Source: Isurus oxyrinchus
Lineage: Eukaryota
NCBI GenBank assembly: GCA_026770705.1
Contig: JANJGN010000020.1
Coordinates: 77,128,001-77,192,000 of the forward strand
Length of the DNA: 64,000 nucleotides
Direction: 5' to 3'
Positions 51,201 through 63,130 of this stretch are shown here, piece by piece (positions within the stretch are counted from its first letter, which is position 1; every line of letters begins with the position of its first letter). The translations under genes and the position numbers were made by a program. The notes beneath the pieces are model-generated. The model searched no databases. It worked only from the letters and a program-made list of their open reading frames with translations, and was not told where the DNA came from.

Positions 51201-51840
51201 ACAAATTACTGTTAATAAAAAAAAGTAGTACTGCAGAATATAAGGGGTCTGAAATTTTATAAATCCTCTGGACCTGATGATCTGAACGGTGTAGATGCCG
51301 AGATGGTGGATGTGTTAGTGGTCATCTGAAGGTTGAAGATAACGACTGTAAACTACTATATCAGAAAGGAGGGTGGCAGAAAACCGTAAACAACAGACTC
51401 TTAAGGTGAAATCAGTAGCAGGGGAAACACTAGATTGTATGATGAAGGCTATGTTAACTGAACACTCTGAAGGAAAAATGGTGGGTTGGGACGTATGAAT
51501 TTGACATTATGTTTGTAAAAGCTGTTAGAGCTTTTCGAAGATGTAACTTGCAGAATAAATAAGGGGGGGCTCTGTGGATGTTGTGTATTTCGATTATCAC
51601 GAGGCTTTCAATGAGGTCCCAGACAACAGGTTAGTAAGCAGCAAAATTAGAGCACAAATGCTTGGCGTGTAATATACTGGCTTGGATTGAGTTGTTTGAC
51701 AAACAGAACACAGGGAGTTGGTATGAACCGGTCATTCTCTGGTTGGCAAGCTGCAAACAGTAGTGTACCATAAGGTTCAATGCTTAGGCCCTGACTCTTC
51801 ACAATCTATTTCAATGATTTCGATTTGAGTTCCAGGTGTG
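48250..51840 (+). mobile_element. Long decayed CR1 LINE retaining ORF1 (zinc finger/leucine zipper plus SGNH esterase) and ORF2 (endonuclease to RT)
   Basis: MAGKVMYWDCRTW..HNCSQCLQLEKRQL*VTELEAKLQTL; VEDSLFREIDTVLCSGE.ESR (GDS esterase-like); IAIAETWL; KSSGPD; DVVYFDY..AFNEVP; VP.GSMLRP.LFTIY.ND. Confidence 0.8.
48930..49580. mobile_element. Family-B LINE fragments inserted in CR1 ORF1; minus piece followed by an inverted plus piece
   Basis: MLEYSPIAWLSATPRTLKKLDTVQDK on the minus strand; 49465-49578 is the reverse complement of 49320-49435. Confidence 0.75.
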
Positions 51841-54749
51841 TCCTTTCCACAAAAAGTAGGAAAAACCCAGTCCGCCCATCAGTTTACTCTGGATCATCGG
51901 CTAAGTGTTGGAAAGTTTTGTCGGCAGTATTATCAGGCAGTAATTCCATAGCAATAACCTGCAGCCTAATCTCATCCTGTGTTCCGCCAGGGTCACTAAC
52001 GTGATTAACAGAAGAAGCAACAGCGACATGATAAAACGAAACTTAATTTTAAATGAAGAGATTAGTTAGGACCTGCCTATGGTGAGAGGCGGCAGGAATT
52101 ATCCAATTATGTGAAGAGAAAAGAAAGAGAACAGAGTTATCGAGAAAAGGTTGTGCAGTGGGATGCGATGTTCTGTCCTTTCAGTGGCCAGCACGGACAT
52201 ATCATACCGAATGGCCTCATTCAATGATGTAGCCATGGTATGAGCTGCTGATTCTCCGATTTAGATGAATAATGTCGTCAGGTTATGTCGCTTGTAACCG
52301 AGCTGGAGAGATGATACAATGGGTTAGAAACCCTTTCGGGTCCCGAAATTCGGACCGCGCTCTTCATCATTCCCGAATTGCACCGGGTGTCAGCACGATT
52401 CATTATCGGTCCGATGGAATAAAAACATCCCAAACGCTCCTTCACGTTCTCATTTCCATTTATCTAAAAGCAATTTGAGATCGGAAATGTAACAGGAATG
52501 AACCAAGTTGGCGACATCCGAACTTACTGGGTTTGCATATATCGTTCTCCCTCTGTCACTGTCCAGTTATATGTCTGGGTGTGTCAATGTGTTTCAATTC
52601 CCCAGTAGGTGGGTACATTTTACCATCGTGAACGTTATTCACATCAGTTGTGTAGATGTTTATTAAAATGTGACAGGTAAAAATAAAAAGCATTATACAC
52701 GCCAGGGATGATTGTATATTTGATTTAAGTTGAGACAGTTTAGCCACTAGACCCTTTAGCCGAGGATGATTGGACTTTTCACTGAGTAATGGAACACAGA
52801 AACCACGTAGTTGCAAACAGGTGATTAAAGCAATGGACACATCTAGAGAATGAATTTGTTTATGCAAATAGACCAGAGTGAAATCTCTCTGAGACCTGTT
52901 GACAGGTCTCACAATGAACAGGAAAACCAAGGTCCACTCACACCTATATCAGGAACGGGCAGGTTAACATCACCAGGAGACCCCGAACAGCTGGTGTTCT
53001 AGACAAGAGAAGACTGGGAGTTGCACTGAAAAAATGGAATGCTTTATTTGAGTTTAGTCAGGGATTTGAGGCGAAATTCATTCACTCAGCTTCAGGATTG
53101 TATCCACTATATCTGTATGAACCAAACATTGAGCCGTTTATGGATGTAGCAAGAAATGCCTCAAGTTGAGAACTAATTCAAAAGATCGCATTTTTTTACC
53201 GTGTGAATCAGCATCTTTGTCGAACTACCGTGAAGATACTGCAGTGACTGCACTTCGAAATAATTTCTGTCGCTTTAAATCTCCTTGTGATGTCCTGATT
53301 GCGGGAAAGACAACATCTAAAAATAGCAATCTTTCTTACTCTTATTTTTTTTCAGTGTGTAAGGTTGAAAATAGCAATTGCTCTGGCAATAAGTTTGAAA
53401 TATTCTTCGTCTACACAACGGTTGCCAGAGGACTGAAGGTTCTAAATGTGGCACGGCTGTTCAAAACGTGGAAGAAGTACAAACAGGCAAAGCCGCATTT
53501 ATTTTAGTTTCAGAGCACATTATAGCCTTAAATGCCAAATAATAACCAAGGGGAATATTAACATTCCTCCAGTAAACAGTGAATCCCATAATAGTTCAGA
53601 GATCAGAATCTCTGTCTCCAAATGAATGTAAGGAAACCCTGGGGCTCGTGGGGCTGGCTGGAATGTATCTGACTCGAGTCAGCTCGGGAAATGGATTGGG
53701 AACTATCTGATAACGGTGCAAACAACTGAACTGTGCAGCATTCCTTATATAATCTTAAATTCACATTGCGCCAAAGTATCTGAAAGCGAGTGATTATGGA
53801 TCTGGGAAGGCACGCTGTGCGTGGCATGGTTAAAGAGAACAATAGGATGATTATAAAATATGATTCATGTTGGATTGGAAACAATTTGCCAACTCGTGTC
53901 AGGGGACGGGTCCCAGCATAAATAAACGGATTGATGCAGGAACTCAAAAGCTGGAGCATTGTTCCACTTTCATCGAGAATAAAAGTCAAGTTGCTGAAAC
54001 CAGAACCTGAGGGATAGGTAACCTTTGCAATTTGGACATAGAAAGTGTTTACAAAGGATAACAAATATAACAGGATGAAACTGCCGGGGATGACGAAGAG
54101 TAAAACAATGGACTTCCTCCACTTCTCCATCTCTGGGTCACTGTGATTCTCTCCATTGCTCTGGGTCCAGAGTCTCATGCATGTTCTATTGGGCACTAGA
54201 ATGTGTCTGACAGTCAGCGCATTGTGCAGCAAAATCAGATTGAATGGGACTCACGGGGTTAAAATGATACGAATCCAGTCATATGTGGTCCATATAGTGA
54301 AGTATAGCATATTGATTTTCCACTGCAAAACCAAGGTATATCTTTAATGTAAAAGGAAGGTTCATATGTAAAGTACCAGTGTATATTTACAACACAGCTC
54401 AGAACGCAGACAGTTCCTATCACCTCCACTGTCGTTATCTCTGTGCAGTATTTATTTTCTGCTTCTGGAAACAAATGGGCACAAACCTATCAAAGGTGAA
54501 AGTGACCATTACCCAGACAGGACAACCTCTGACTCCCTAAATCAGAACAATGTTGAGACGACAGACAGGAGTGATGGAGGTGAAGCTGAAGGGGAAATAA
54601 AGACGGGCAATCTGCTTTAATATCACAGCTGTGATAATGACCAGGAGGTCCGTCATCGCCATGGATATCAAGTATTACGTGATACATCTGGAGTGGCCAC
54701 ATCTTCCTCGAGCCAGGATCATAATCACTGCCAAATTTGCTGTGTTGTA

Positions 54750-55060
54750 GACAAAAGTAACCCGTGGTTAAGTGACTGAGATGGTGGACAGGCTCTGGGG
54801 AGTCGGAAGGTGGGATACTCATCGCAAGCTTCCGATCCTCTCAAATGTTCTTGCAGCCGCAGTACTTATATGGCTAGTCCAGTTCAATTTCTGGTCAATG
54901 GTCACCCTCAGGATGTTGATGGTAATGCCATTGAATATCAAGAGATGTTGGTTAGATTCTGTCTTTTTGGAGATTGTCATTGCCTGGCACTTGTGTGGCG
55001 TGAATATTACTTGCCACATGTTAGACCAGGCCTGGATATTGTCCAGGTCTTTCTTGACTG
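54750..55060 (-). mobile_element. Family-B LINE fragment inserted just upstream of the exon-2 acceptor
   Basis: ORF MWQVIFTPHKCQAMTISKK...TIDQKLNWTSHI. Confidence 0.8.
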
Positions 55061-55087
55061 TGGTGAGTAAAGTAACTCAAACACGCA

Positions 55088-55240
55088 ATGGTTAAGCCCT
55101 GATTCAGTTGGTAGAACTCGCACTTCTGAGTCAGACGGCTGTGGGTTCAGTCTCTATTCAAGGGCGTGAGCAGCATTGGAGTGTTGCAGTGCCTTGTGTG
55201 TCAACTGCCGGCTAAGCAAATAAACTAAGGCCCCCTCTAA
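55088..55240 (+). mobile_element. tRNA-derived SINE (SacSINE1/DeuSINE-like head)
   Basis: TGATTCAGTTGGTAGAACTCGCACTTCTGAGTCAGACGGCTGTGGGTTCAGTC carries A-box and B-box-like motifs. Confidence 0.6.
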
Positions 55241-55980
55241 GTAAAATGCTAAAACAAGCTCAACACCAATTTAAGAGAGGGCCATTGTTTGTATTACAGT
55301 AAAAGAAACAACATGCACAGCAGGTTAAAAGTGTGAAAATGCAGTAAATGCAGTAATCTTAACATCACAACAGAGTTACATTTACAGTGTAATAGTGGCA
55401 AAGCACAGTACTAATACATTTACACAGTGACATTCCTGTGATATCACAGCCACCGTGACCGCATCAGCAGCACAAAAATTACATTTATCCCATGAGTTGG
55501 TTGCAGTAAATAGGTAAAGTCATAAACTTAAAGGGATGAAATGGTAATTGGTCAAGTGAATGTAACATACGGAATGCCCTTAAAGGGGAGAAATGGCACC
55601 GTTAAAGTAAAAATTTGTGCCTGTAACGAAGAGTAATTATGCCAGTGAAAATGAAAAAAAATATGATGCAGTAAAAATTCTGAGTTAGTACCACCAACGT
55701 TGAAAATAGTACTGAAAAATTGGAGAAATGGAACTAGTGAAATGGAATGAATTGTTGGCCTAAAGGTGACAAAGGATATGGATACGATGGAGAAGTATTA
55801 TTTGTAAACGAGAACAGTGACAGAGCTAAACAATGATTACCATAACTAATAACTAACCAGAATCCTTTAACAGGAACTCCGATAGCTGCAAGGATGGGAT
55901 AGTAAATGGCAAACAGCCATTGGTGATGAGTGCATTTCTATCAGAAACTCCGGTTGCGTTCATCACTGCTCTCACAGATT

Positions 55981-56063
55981 GTCACATTTATCCTTGATGT
56001 CAGGTTCCAGGAAACAATTAGATGATTTCATCTTTTACACTAATGACACTAACTGAAACAAAC
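55981..56063 (-). promoter_or_regulatory. Conserved proximal promoter of the GPCR family (paralog of 16160-16245)
   Basis: Reverse complement reads TTTGTTTCAGTTAGTGTCATTAGTGTAAAAGATGAAATCATCTAATTGTTTCCTGGAA...GGATAAATGTGAC. Confidence 0.6.
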
Positions 56064-56469
56064 ACATTGTTTATGTTTTGATGGAATGAAATGTTTTTCA
56101 AGGGCGCTGACACAGCTCCACAGGGAAGAACTCAGAGAGTATAGTATAGTCCCAGTTACATTCCGCGTAAAAATAATGAAAAGTTAAACAGCAGACAGTT
56201 TCAACTGGAATGTGAGCATGGTACACGAGGAATGATTAGTTGTAACCCGATAATGCTGAGCTTATTGACTTCAGAACAAGTTATAACTGAACTGAATATT
56301 CTAATCCTGAAGAAAAACGCAGCCAACTTCTCCCACCTGAAATATATTCAGCCCATGTGATCATGCATCACATGCAACGTCGTTGTAAATCTCTCTGAGA
56401 CTTTATAATCATTTTAGTGTAACTGCCTGTGTATAAATTTTGGAGAAGTACTTTTCAACACGCTTAAAT

Positions 56470-56910
56470 GTGGTGAGCACAGTTCCTGTTTAGATGTTTC
56501 AATTAAATATAAACTCGTCCAGTTCAGCATTGTTACGTTCTATGTGCACAGGTTCAGGACAGCACGGTTACGTTCACAACAGACTGGTTCACTACAGCAA
56601 GGTTGAATACAGGCCAGGCCAGGTCCACTTCAGTAAGGTTAAATTCAACGTAGACAAGTCTAATCCAGTCAAGTTATATTCAACCCTGAACTATCCAGGT
56701 ACTGCCATGGGTGACCATTGTCAGTGCCGAAAGCTCTAGTTGAGCACAGTTAATTTCAATGTAGACAGATCCGCTTCAGCAAGTATGACATTGCCCAGGT
56801 CAGCGCTGTTTTCCTTATGGAGGACATAACAAGTTCAGAAAATGTACATTCAGTGTTAGCAGGCCCAGTTATTTTCAGCATACACAGATCCCTTTCAGCA
56901 TGGTCATGTC
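56470..56910 (+). repeat. 35-bp satellite upstream of the minus-strand GPCR
   Basis: GTGCACAGGTTCAGGACAGCACGGTTACGTTCA-type units. Confidence 0.7.
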
Positions 56911-56929
56911 TGTCACAATAAACAGCCAA

Positions 56930-58290
56930 ATACTCTGCACCTCCATCACCCACCAGGGCCATATGCGGTCTCTCCTCTCGCTTCATTGAACCAAGACGCA
57001 ACCACCATCCACCACGAAACTCCTCCGCCTGATTGAACGACTTCTCATATTGAACAACTTCTTTAACTCCACTCACTTGTTTCAAATACTAGCGACTGTT
57101 ATGTTCACCCCCCATTGGTCCTGACTACGTTTGCCCTTTGTAAGATCTGTGGCACATTCTTTGCTTCAGTCCTACTCAGGTTCACCTCTTTCCCCAACAT
57201 ATTGATGACTGTATCAATGCCGGTTCCAGCACACTTTCTGAACCAGAAAATACATCACATTTGTCTCCAAATTCCACCCTCCCTACATCGTCGCTTGGTC
57301 CATTCTGGATCTTCCATTCACTTCGTGGACTTTAGTTTGTTCCTTTCTGGGGATAAATTATCGACCAATATTGATTATAAACCCATTAACTCAATCAGCT
57401 ATCCTGACTAAAATATTGCATTTCCCAATTTTTTCTGCAATGAATCGATTCAGTTCGCCCTGTTGTATTTTCTCTCCCTTTCTGTTATATCTGTTCAGGA
57501 GTTCCAAACAACCAATTTGGCGCAACTGATATCTCTTCATATCTCTTCAACTGGGTATCTCCACCTCACCGTGGGTGACAGATCCCAGAGATATGTTCAT
57601 CCAATTGTTCGCAATTCTGCTCTCAACCCTTCTTTCCCTCCCAGAAAGACAACACTGTTTCTCATTTCATCACCTTCACTCGCACTGACATCCACAATCA
57701 TTGGATCTGTAATTATAACCACACATTAATCTGTAATTATAACCACAAGTGTGATACCACCACCGAACATATCTTACTGCCCCCTTCACTTTAAGCATTC
57801 AAAATAGATTATTTGCTCCTCTCCCCCCTTACTTGTTCCCAATCACCCCCAAACTACATTTCCAACAGCACCTTAAAATGCCAGCCGAGGGATTGCAACC
57901 CCTTCCCCTGTCCCTCCGCCCTTCTTGCCACCCAAGGTCACAACCATTACTTCCAAGTGAAACAACAATTTACTTGCACTTCTTCCCAATGAATATAGTG
58001 TGTTCTGCGCTCACGCTGCCGTCTGCTCTGCATCGTGCAGGCCGAGCATAGATTTTGTGGCCATTTTGTGGAGCATCTGCATTCAATCCAGAAGTGTATC
58101 CCTGAGCATCTCGTCGCTTGTCACTTCATTCACTAACATTGCTCTAACTTTGACCTCTCTGTGCTCGGCCTCCTGTACTGTTCCATTTAAACTCAAACTA
58201 AGTTTGAAGAATAACACCTCAACTTTCGTTTATACACTTTGCAGATGTATTGACTTGTTGTAAAGTTCATAAATTGCAGCTCATAACCGC
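56930..58290 (+). mobile_element. Penelope-like retroelement remnant (RT plus GIY-YIG)
   Basis: GDKLSTNIDYKPINSISYPD resembles TDIYYKPTDSHSYLD. A GIY-YIG-like C.RCRLLCIVQAE..DFVAI..EHL segment lies at about 58000-58085. Confidence 0.72.
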
Positions 58291-58414
58291 TGGCTCTATT
58301 TTATATTTTTTAAGCTTTTCAAATGCTTTTGGACATCAGGAATTGGTGACATTTCTTTCCTGACTCCCAGTTTATCACACACCTACCCTCCTCTACTTTC
58401 ATCACAACTGCCCT

Positions 58415-58562
58415 CCATCCCCCCCACCCCACCCCCCACACGCACATATGCCCACACCCACACACACACACACACACACACAGAAAAACACCCACACTCA
58501 CACCTACACCCAAACCCGCGCGGATACACACACACAAACCCACAGTCACACACACCCACCCA

Positions 58563-58632
<70 letters not shown>

Positions 58633-58885
58633 CCATACACACACATCCACAGACCCACACCTACATGCGCATCCACGCACCCCCCCACACACACACACCC
58701 TCATGCACACCCAGACATAAGCACACACGCACACCCAAACCCACATGCACACACACATAGTTACACACATGCCTATACGCACATACACAGCCGCACACAC
58801 ACACAAAAACACGCCCCCACACTCACCCACATACACATGCACCCACACCCACACACACACATACACACACACACATACACGCACC
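58415..58885 (+). repeat. Complex (CA)n microsatellite
   Basis: Direct inspection; it generates the spurious CV/HT ORFs. Confidence 0.97.
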
Positions 58886-59029
58886 CTTTTCCTGCGCCTA
58901 TATGTTTGCTTTAAAACCCTGTCCATTAACAACTTCTTATCATTCTGATGAAAGGTTATAGCTCTGAAACGTGTGTCTCTCCACAGAGTCTGTCTGCATT
59001 CCCATCAGGTTTTGTTTCATTCCATTCAG

Positions 59030-60140
59030 CAGGGTCACATCACATGTGCAAACGTCCAGTGCAGCGCAGATATTTCAGAATGCCCAGATATAGTTCTGCA
59101 TAGTTATTTCAGTGTCGACTCGTCCAATTCAGCTTTTACCAATGTAGAGCTGTCAACCCGACAATAGTGAACGTGCATAGCTGCTGTCATGCATGTTTAC
59201 ACTTTATGTGGCAAGATTGAGTTCAGCACTTTGAGCTTAGTGTTGAATGGCTGAACTCAGTAATCAGGAATTCAGCGAAGACAAGGCCCAGTTGAATACG
59301 CTTATAGTTATAGTGTGCAGTTCCCTTTCCTCATCTTTCAGTCCTGTGTAAAATAGCATAGGTGCTTGGCCTAAATAGCCAAGTGGTTATGGTACTGGGC
59401 TTGTAACCCTAAGATCAAGAGTTCAAATCTCACAATGGTCAAATGGTACAGTTCAGCACAGCTGACAGGTAAATCAGGTTGACATTCAGTTTGCAGGTCC
59501 AGTTCAGGAAAGCTGTTTTCAGTGCAGTCAGGTCAAATACTGTTGTATTCAGTATGCACAGGCCCAGTTCAGTCCTGCTTCACTGCCTGTGCACAGGCCC
59601 CGTTCTGCAGGGTTACTTACAATGCGGATGGGTGAAGCCCTGCAACAAATATTTAGCACAGGCCCAATAGTGTACGCTACCGTTCAGGGTGCCAAAATTG
59701 TTTATTCGTCGTGGCTACATGCAAATTAATCAGATCAATATGGCTGCAGTCGATGGACACAAGGCCAGCAGAGCCCTTCTATAATTAATGTGGACTACTC
59801 CAGGTCTGCGCAGTAATATTCCGTGTGTACCTGCCAAATTCTTTGACTATTACTCAAAGTGGACTCGGCCATTTGTGCACTCTTACATTCGATGTGGACT
59901 GCTCCGGTTCAACCCCGCTGTATTCAATGTGTACAGGCCCAGTTCAGCACAGCGTGAGCCTGTCCATGTTATCGTGGTTAGGATGAGTGCGCACATGTCT
60001 GTTCAGAATGGTTACTCTCAGTGAGCACAGATCGAGCTCTACAGTATGTCTTTCAGTGTGGGCTGCTTTAGTTCAAAGAACTTTTGTTTATTGTGGCAAC
60101 GTCCAGTTTCACACGATTGTATTCAACCCTGGAGTGGGCC
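59030..60140 (+). repeat. 35-bp satellite
   Basis: TTCAGTATGCACAGGCCCAGTTCAG at about 59548 and TTCAATGTGTACAGGCCCAGTTCAGCACAG at about 59923. Confidence 0.75.
59369..59441 (+). mobile_element. tRNA-Thr(TGT)-like SINE head or tRNA pseudogene inserted in the satellite
   Basis: TAGCCAAGTGGTTATGG A-box, CTTGTAA anticodon loop and AGTTCAAATC B-box. The acceptor and anticodon stems pair poorly. Confidence 0.6.
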
Positions 60141-60169
60141 AGGTGTGAACAGTATGTTCGGAAAAGTTA

Positions 60170-60720
60170 GAGCAGGCAATTAAAATCTTCAACACAAGGG
60201 GCTGTAACCACCCCCCATTGACATTGAACGGCAGTGCAATCGTTGAACCCAACCAGCGCCCCCTCACCCCCACCGGCAACATTGTGGGTGGGTGTAGGGG
60301 ATGGGTAAGGTCACTCATCACCCGAAACTGAACTGAACCAGCCACATTAATACTGTCTGTAGAAGTGTATGTCAGAGGCGATGTATTTAGGATGAGGGAT
60401 TGACTCTGAACTCCCTTAACCTTGTCACAATCTTCAAGGCACAAGTGGGGCATGAGATAGAATATTCTCCACTTGCCTGATTGAGTACCCATCCAACAAA
60501 ACTCAAGAAGTTCGATACAATCCAGAACAAAGCAACCTGCTTGATCAGCAGGCCATCCATCATGTTAAACCTTTACTCCCTGCACCGCGGGAGCACCGTG
60601 GCTAACGTGTGTTCAATCCACGGGATGTACAGCAACAAATCATCCAGGATTCTGCTTGACCATCACTTACCAGCTCCCGGTGCTGCTGGTGGCAGCCAGG
60701 CCCGTCATTCCAGGTACTGA
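60170..60720 (+). mobile_element. Family-B LINE fragment
   Basis: TKLKKFDTIQNKATCLI...LYSLHR matches the 37745-38272 ORF. Confidence 0.75.
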
Positions 60721-60739
60721 ACTCAACTGCAGCATTGAT

Positions 60740-61640
60740 AGAGTTGACAATCCACAAGAGTGGACAATAAACTGGACGGCACACCCAGACTCCTGTTGTA
60801 AACGCTAAAAGACGCCAAGCTGCTCAAGGCCTTCAGCAGCCCTGCAGATGGAGGGCTGGACAGATACAACTGGTGAGGGCCCAGTTGCTCTGGCCATTCC
60901 AGGATAGACTCCCTGTTTGTTCCCCGAGCGATCATGGTCAAATCCACCGATGTCAACTGATGTTCCTCTCAGAGCACTGCCTCCTACTGGCCGATCGTCA
61001 CTTACAGGAAAAGCAGGGGAACGTGCCAGCTGTCAGTTGGCATGGGTCATGAAAGCTGAACGTGAACCTGATTATCCCTAGAAAGACTGAGGATCTCTAA
61101 AATCATTACAATCCTTGGTGAACTGGGAAAACCCACTTTGAGTCCCCGCCGCTATGGTGGGAAGCTATCAAGGTGAAATACCAGATGCAATTCATCTTCA
61201 AAGGCCTTCCAAAATGGGAGGAATAGAGGGATAGAGAGAGAGATATAGGGAGGGAGAAATGTCTCAACTCCAGTGAAAGGTGTTCTTTCTGCACTTTCTA
61301 TTGTTGATGGTCATTGTTGTCGATGACGATCCCTGAGAGCTCAAGAGATCACAGGTCACACTCTTTGCTGTGGAGATCTCCAGATCAGTACCTGTCCAGA
61401 GTATCCTGCCTGGAGCAGGATTAGTCCTGGTCCCACATCTTCTGTTCAGTAATGTCATTGCAGACTGTCAGTCTGAGGATCAGCAAATCATTTTGTGCCA
61501 GATTGTATAATGTGAAGCCCACAGTCACCAGGGCTCCGCTTCATCCCTCGTATGCCCTCAGCTATTTCAGAGGACGGTCTTGGAGCCGCATGCTTTTGCG
61601 GAAAGAGGATAAGAGCTGCCTCAAGAAAGGTATTTTCTCA
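60740..61640 (+). mobile_element. Possible Tx1/L1-clade LINE ORF2 remnant
   Basis: WWEAIKV, RV..LEQD and SKSFCARLYNVKPT segments resemble the EN-RT linker of Tx1 elements. Heavily decayed. Confidence 0.45.
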
Positions 61641-61697
61641 ATCGTGGGTTCTGCTCTTTCTCCTTCTGTTTTCCTCGCTTCTCTGCAGTACAGTTTA

Positions 61698-62005
61698 CAG
61701 GGGTGATCTTGTGGCACGGTGATAATGTTCTTACTCCTGAGCCAGAAGCTCCAAATTCAAACCCCAGTTTATGAAATGAGGGAGGTCGGTTCGTAGTTTA
61801 ACACAGAGTTATTAACAGCCTGTAAATCATCCGAATATGTCTGATGGTGGATGCTAAGAGTGAGGGAGTTTATCAGTCAGCCATACTGCAGAGAACAACG
61901 CCAAACCACGTCAGTACTCTGCCAAGAATAACAATGGAATAATCCAATGGAAGCCCATGGTCACCATTTCCTGTGAAGACATGGTACCTGAAGGAAGAGG
62001 AGTTT
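61698..62005 (+). mobile_element. tRNA-derived SINE
   Basis: TGTGGCACGGTGATAATG..CCTGAGCCAGAAGCTCCAAATTCAAACCC head and a GAAGGAAGAGGAG tail. Confidence 0.5.
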
Positions 62006-62914
62006 ATACGGCCACCTTCCGGCTGTGCTGTTGGTTGTTGGATGAGGCTATATGATATTTTACAACTTGTGATAATTTTCTGTGTCCACCTTCAGATCTT
62101 GTGCAAACCTTAATCTGTGAAAAGAACATCTGTTTTCAATATTTCACAAGCAGATGTATCCTCTAAATCAGCCAGGCTGATTTCACATCATCACAGTTGC
62201 GATGCTGGAGGAAATACCCTCCCACACTTCTATCGAACAAGGGTGGAACATTTGGCCTGATGGAGGGATCGCTGGGCTAACAGTTTAGCGATTGTCACTG
62301 AATGAAATTCAGCTGCGGCTGATAGCACCTCATGGATGCAAGTTTTTTAGTCAATGGATCTCTGTGAAGATGGGACTTCGTCTCCACAGCAACAGTGCGT
62401 TGCTCATTTCTGTCAATTCTTTCATGGGCAGATGCAACAGGTTAATTGGTGAGGGTGGTTTTAAGTCAATTTTCTCCACTTCCAGTTTTTCACACCATCT
62501 GCTGCAGATCCAGTAGAGCAGATATGTCCTTCAGGTTTCGATCAGTCCTGTTAGTATAGGTGATGCAGATTCAGTGTTGTTAGTTATCATTGACAACTCC
62601 CTGCTGTGAGTACATCACATGCCATTGTTACCCCCAGTGTTTTATCCAAATGTTGCTCAACATTGAAGTGTTCTGCTTCATCAATTGCATCAATGTGCTA
62701 ATGTACATGGTATATCCTTGTCCACTATTGACCCGGTGTCATGAGACTTCATGGTGTCTGCATACATAGCTGATGACTCCGAGTACCACACCATCTTGAT
62801 TCGGCCAAATTCTACAAGGGATGGTGATGGAGGAGTCGGAGGCATTAACTGCAGTGCTCTATAGTGGGAACTTCACTACAAACTTCCAGCTCGAGAAGTC
62901 CCCCAAAACCATTA

Positions 62915-63130
62915 CCTTCCCTTTCGTATCACTCAGCCAATTTTGTATCTATGTTGCTACTGTCCCATTTATTTAATGACCCTTAACTTTCCTCAGAAGT
63001 CTGTTGTGCGGCACTACATCAGCAGCCTTGCCCCCATTAACCTCCTCTGTTACCTCTTCAAAAGCTCCAACAAGTAGTTAGGCACAATTTCAGTCAGTAT
63101 TGAATGCTTCCTTGCCAATCATGTGAAGAC
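62915..63130 (-). mobile_element. CR1 RT fragment
   Basis: Reverse of W...WLSDTKG / EEVTEEVNG (CACTCAGCCAATTTTG, CCTCTGTTACCTCTTCAAA). Confidence 0.6.

Larger units (their letters stand above)
53908..55935 (-). pseudogene. GPR139-like GPCR pseudogene: exon 1 at 55935-55871, exon 2 at 54739 to about 53908
   Basis: Exon 1 MHSSP...LFAIYYPILAAIGVP is 65 nt, frameshifted, and lacks the canonical donor. Exon 2 ANLAVIMILARGRCGHSRCIT*YLISMAMTDLLVII...FTFDRFVPICFQK...GENHSDPEMEKWRKSIVLLFVIPGSF...LLSSCINPFIYAGT. Contains stops and frameshifts; the C-tail is replaced by unrelated sequence. Confidence 0.92.

Noticed and set aside
53603-54232. 209-aa ORF as a functional gene
   Set aside because: It is only the TM5-TM7 portion of a frameshifted GPCR pseudogene reading through into unrelated sequence.
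58319-58948. Cys/Val-rich and His/Thr-rich ORFs
   Set aside because: Translation artefacts of the (CA)n microsatellite.
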